Assembly: GCA_964527485.1 (NCBI GenBank)
Contig: CAZGPJ010000002.1
Coordinates: 1 to 34,026 of the forward strand
Length of the DNA stretch: 34,026 nt
Source: an uncultured Candidatus Saccharibacteria bacterium
GTDB lineage: Bacteria > Patescibacteriota > Saccharimonadia > Saccharimonadales > SLHW01
Direction: 5' to 3'
Shown here: piece after piece, positions 33,771 through 34,026 of the stretch
Layout: the number at the start of each line of letters is the position of its first letter
How positions within the stretch are numbered: the first letter of the stretch is position 1
Notes under the pieces: generated by a model
Told to the model about the DNA's origin: nothing
Databases searched by the model: none
Seen by the model: only the letters and a program-made list of their open reading frames with translations
Made by a program: the position numbers and the translations under genes

Positions 33771-34026
33771 ATTTTTGTTTTTGTTACAAAGTCACCTATC
33801 CAGCAGTCAACTTTTTGTTTTTTATACGTTTTTGTTTTTGTGTGGTTGCTTCCGTGAGGCCGTATGTAAGGACAGTTACGTGTAGGATTTTAAAAATCCT
33901 CGAATGCCCGACTTCCTCTACTTCTGCAATCAAGTTTTGAGAGACTTATGTGTGAGGTGGAGTTTTGGGAGGTGTTTTAGTGTAAGGAACAAAGGTTTTT
34001 TGTGTGGTTACCTTCGTCCACATGTT

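Noticed and set aside
1-34026. CRISPR arrays, transposases, integrases, toxin-antitoxin or known defence gene pairs
   Set aside because: There are no regularly spaced repeats and no ORF with recombinase, nuclease or defence signatures. The UvrD-family helicase has the housekeeping PcrA architecture, and its NUDIX neighbour is an ordinary small hydrolase.

Overview
Gene-dense bacterial chromosome segment of roughly 50% GC, with short gaps and several 1-4 nt stop/start overlaps. The gene content suggests a reduced-genome lineage such as Patescibacteria/CPR, perhaps Saccharibacteria; this is inference only. Left to right: a tmRNA, then a minus-strand block (MarR, rsmA, PPC/DUF296, DUF348-G5 wall hydrolase, NUDIX, pcrA, pyk-pgk-tpiA). 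Next come a PIG-L deacetylase, a low-GC orphan membrane protein gene and tRNA-Glu(CUC). An 11 kb plus-strand block follows (histidine kinase, receiver protein with a ~410 aa P/Q-rich tail, pseudouridine synthase, der, pth, dprA, topA, sigma-r4/HARE-HTH protein). The window ends with a minimal minus-strand dcw cluster (rsmH, ftsL, ftsI, mraY, ftsW, murG, ftsQ). I found no recognisable defence system, CRISPR array, transposase or integrase. Four things are unexplained: (1) tRNA-Glu is followed by three more direct copies of its own 3' end, bracketing the low-GC orphan gene and a 515 nt hairpin-rich non-coding stretch, which looks like a decayed integrative islet. (2) Two more long ORF-free spacers (20433-20862 and 25312-26067) carry palindromes, phased hexamer repeats and an A/T skew flip. 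(3) The receiver-only regulator has a disordered tail. (4) The tmRNA has a non-canonical T-loop. No function could be assigned to any of the non-coding regions from sequence alone.
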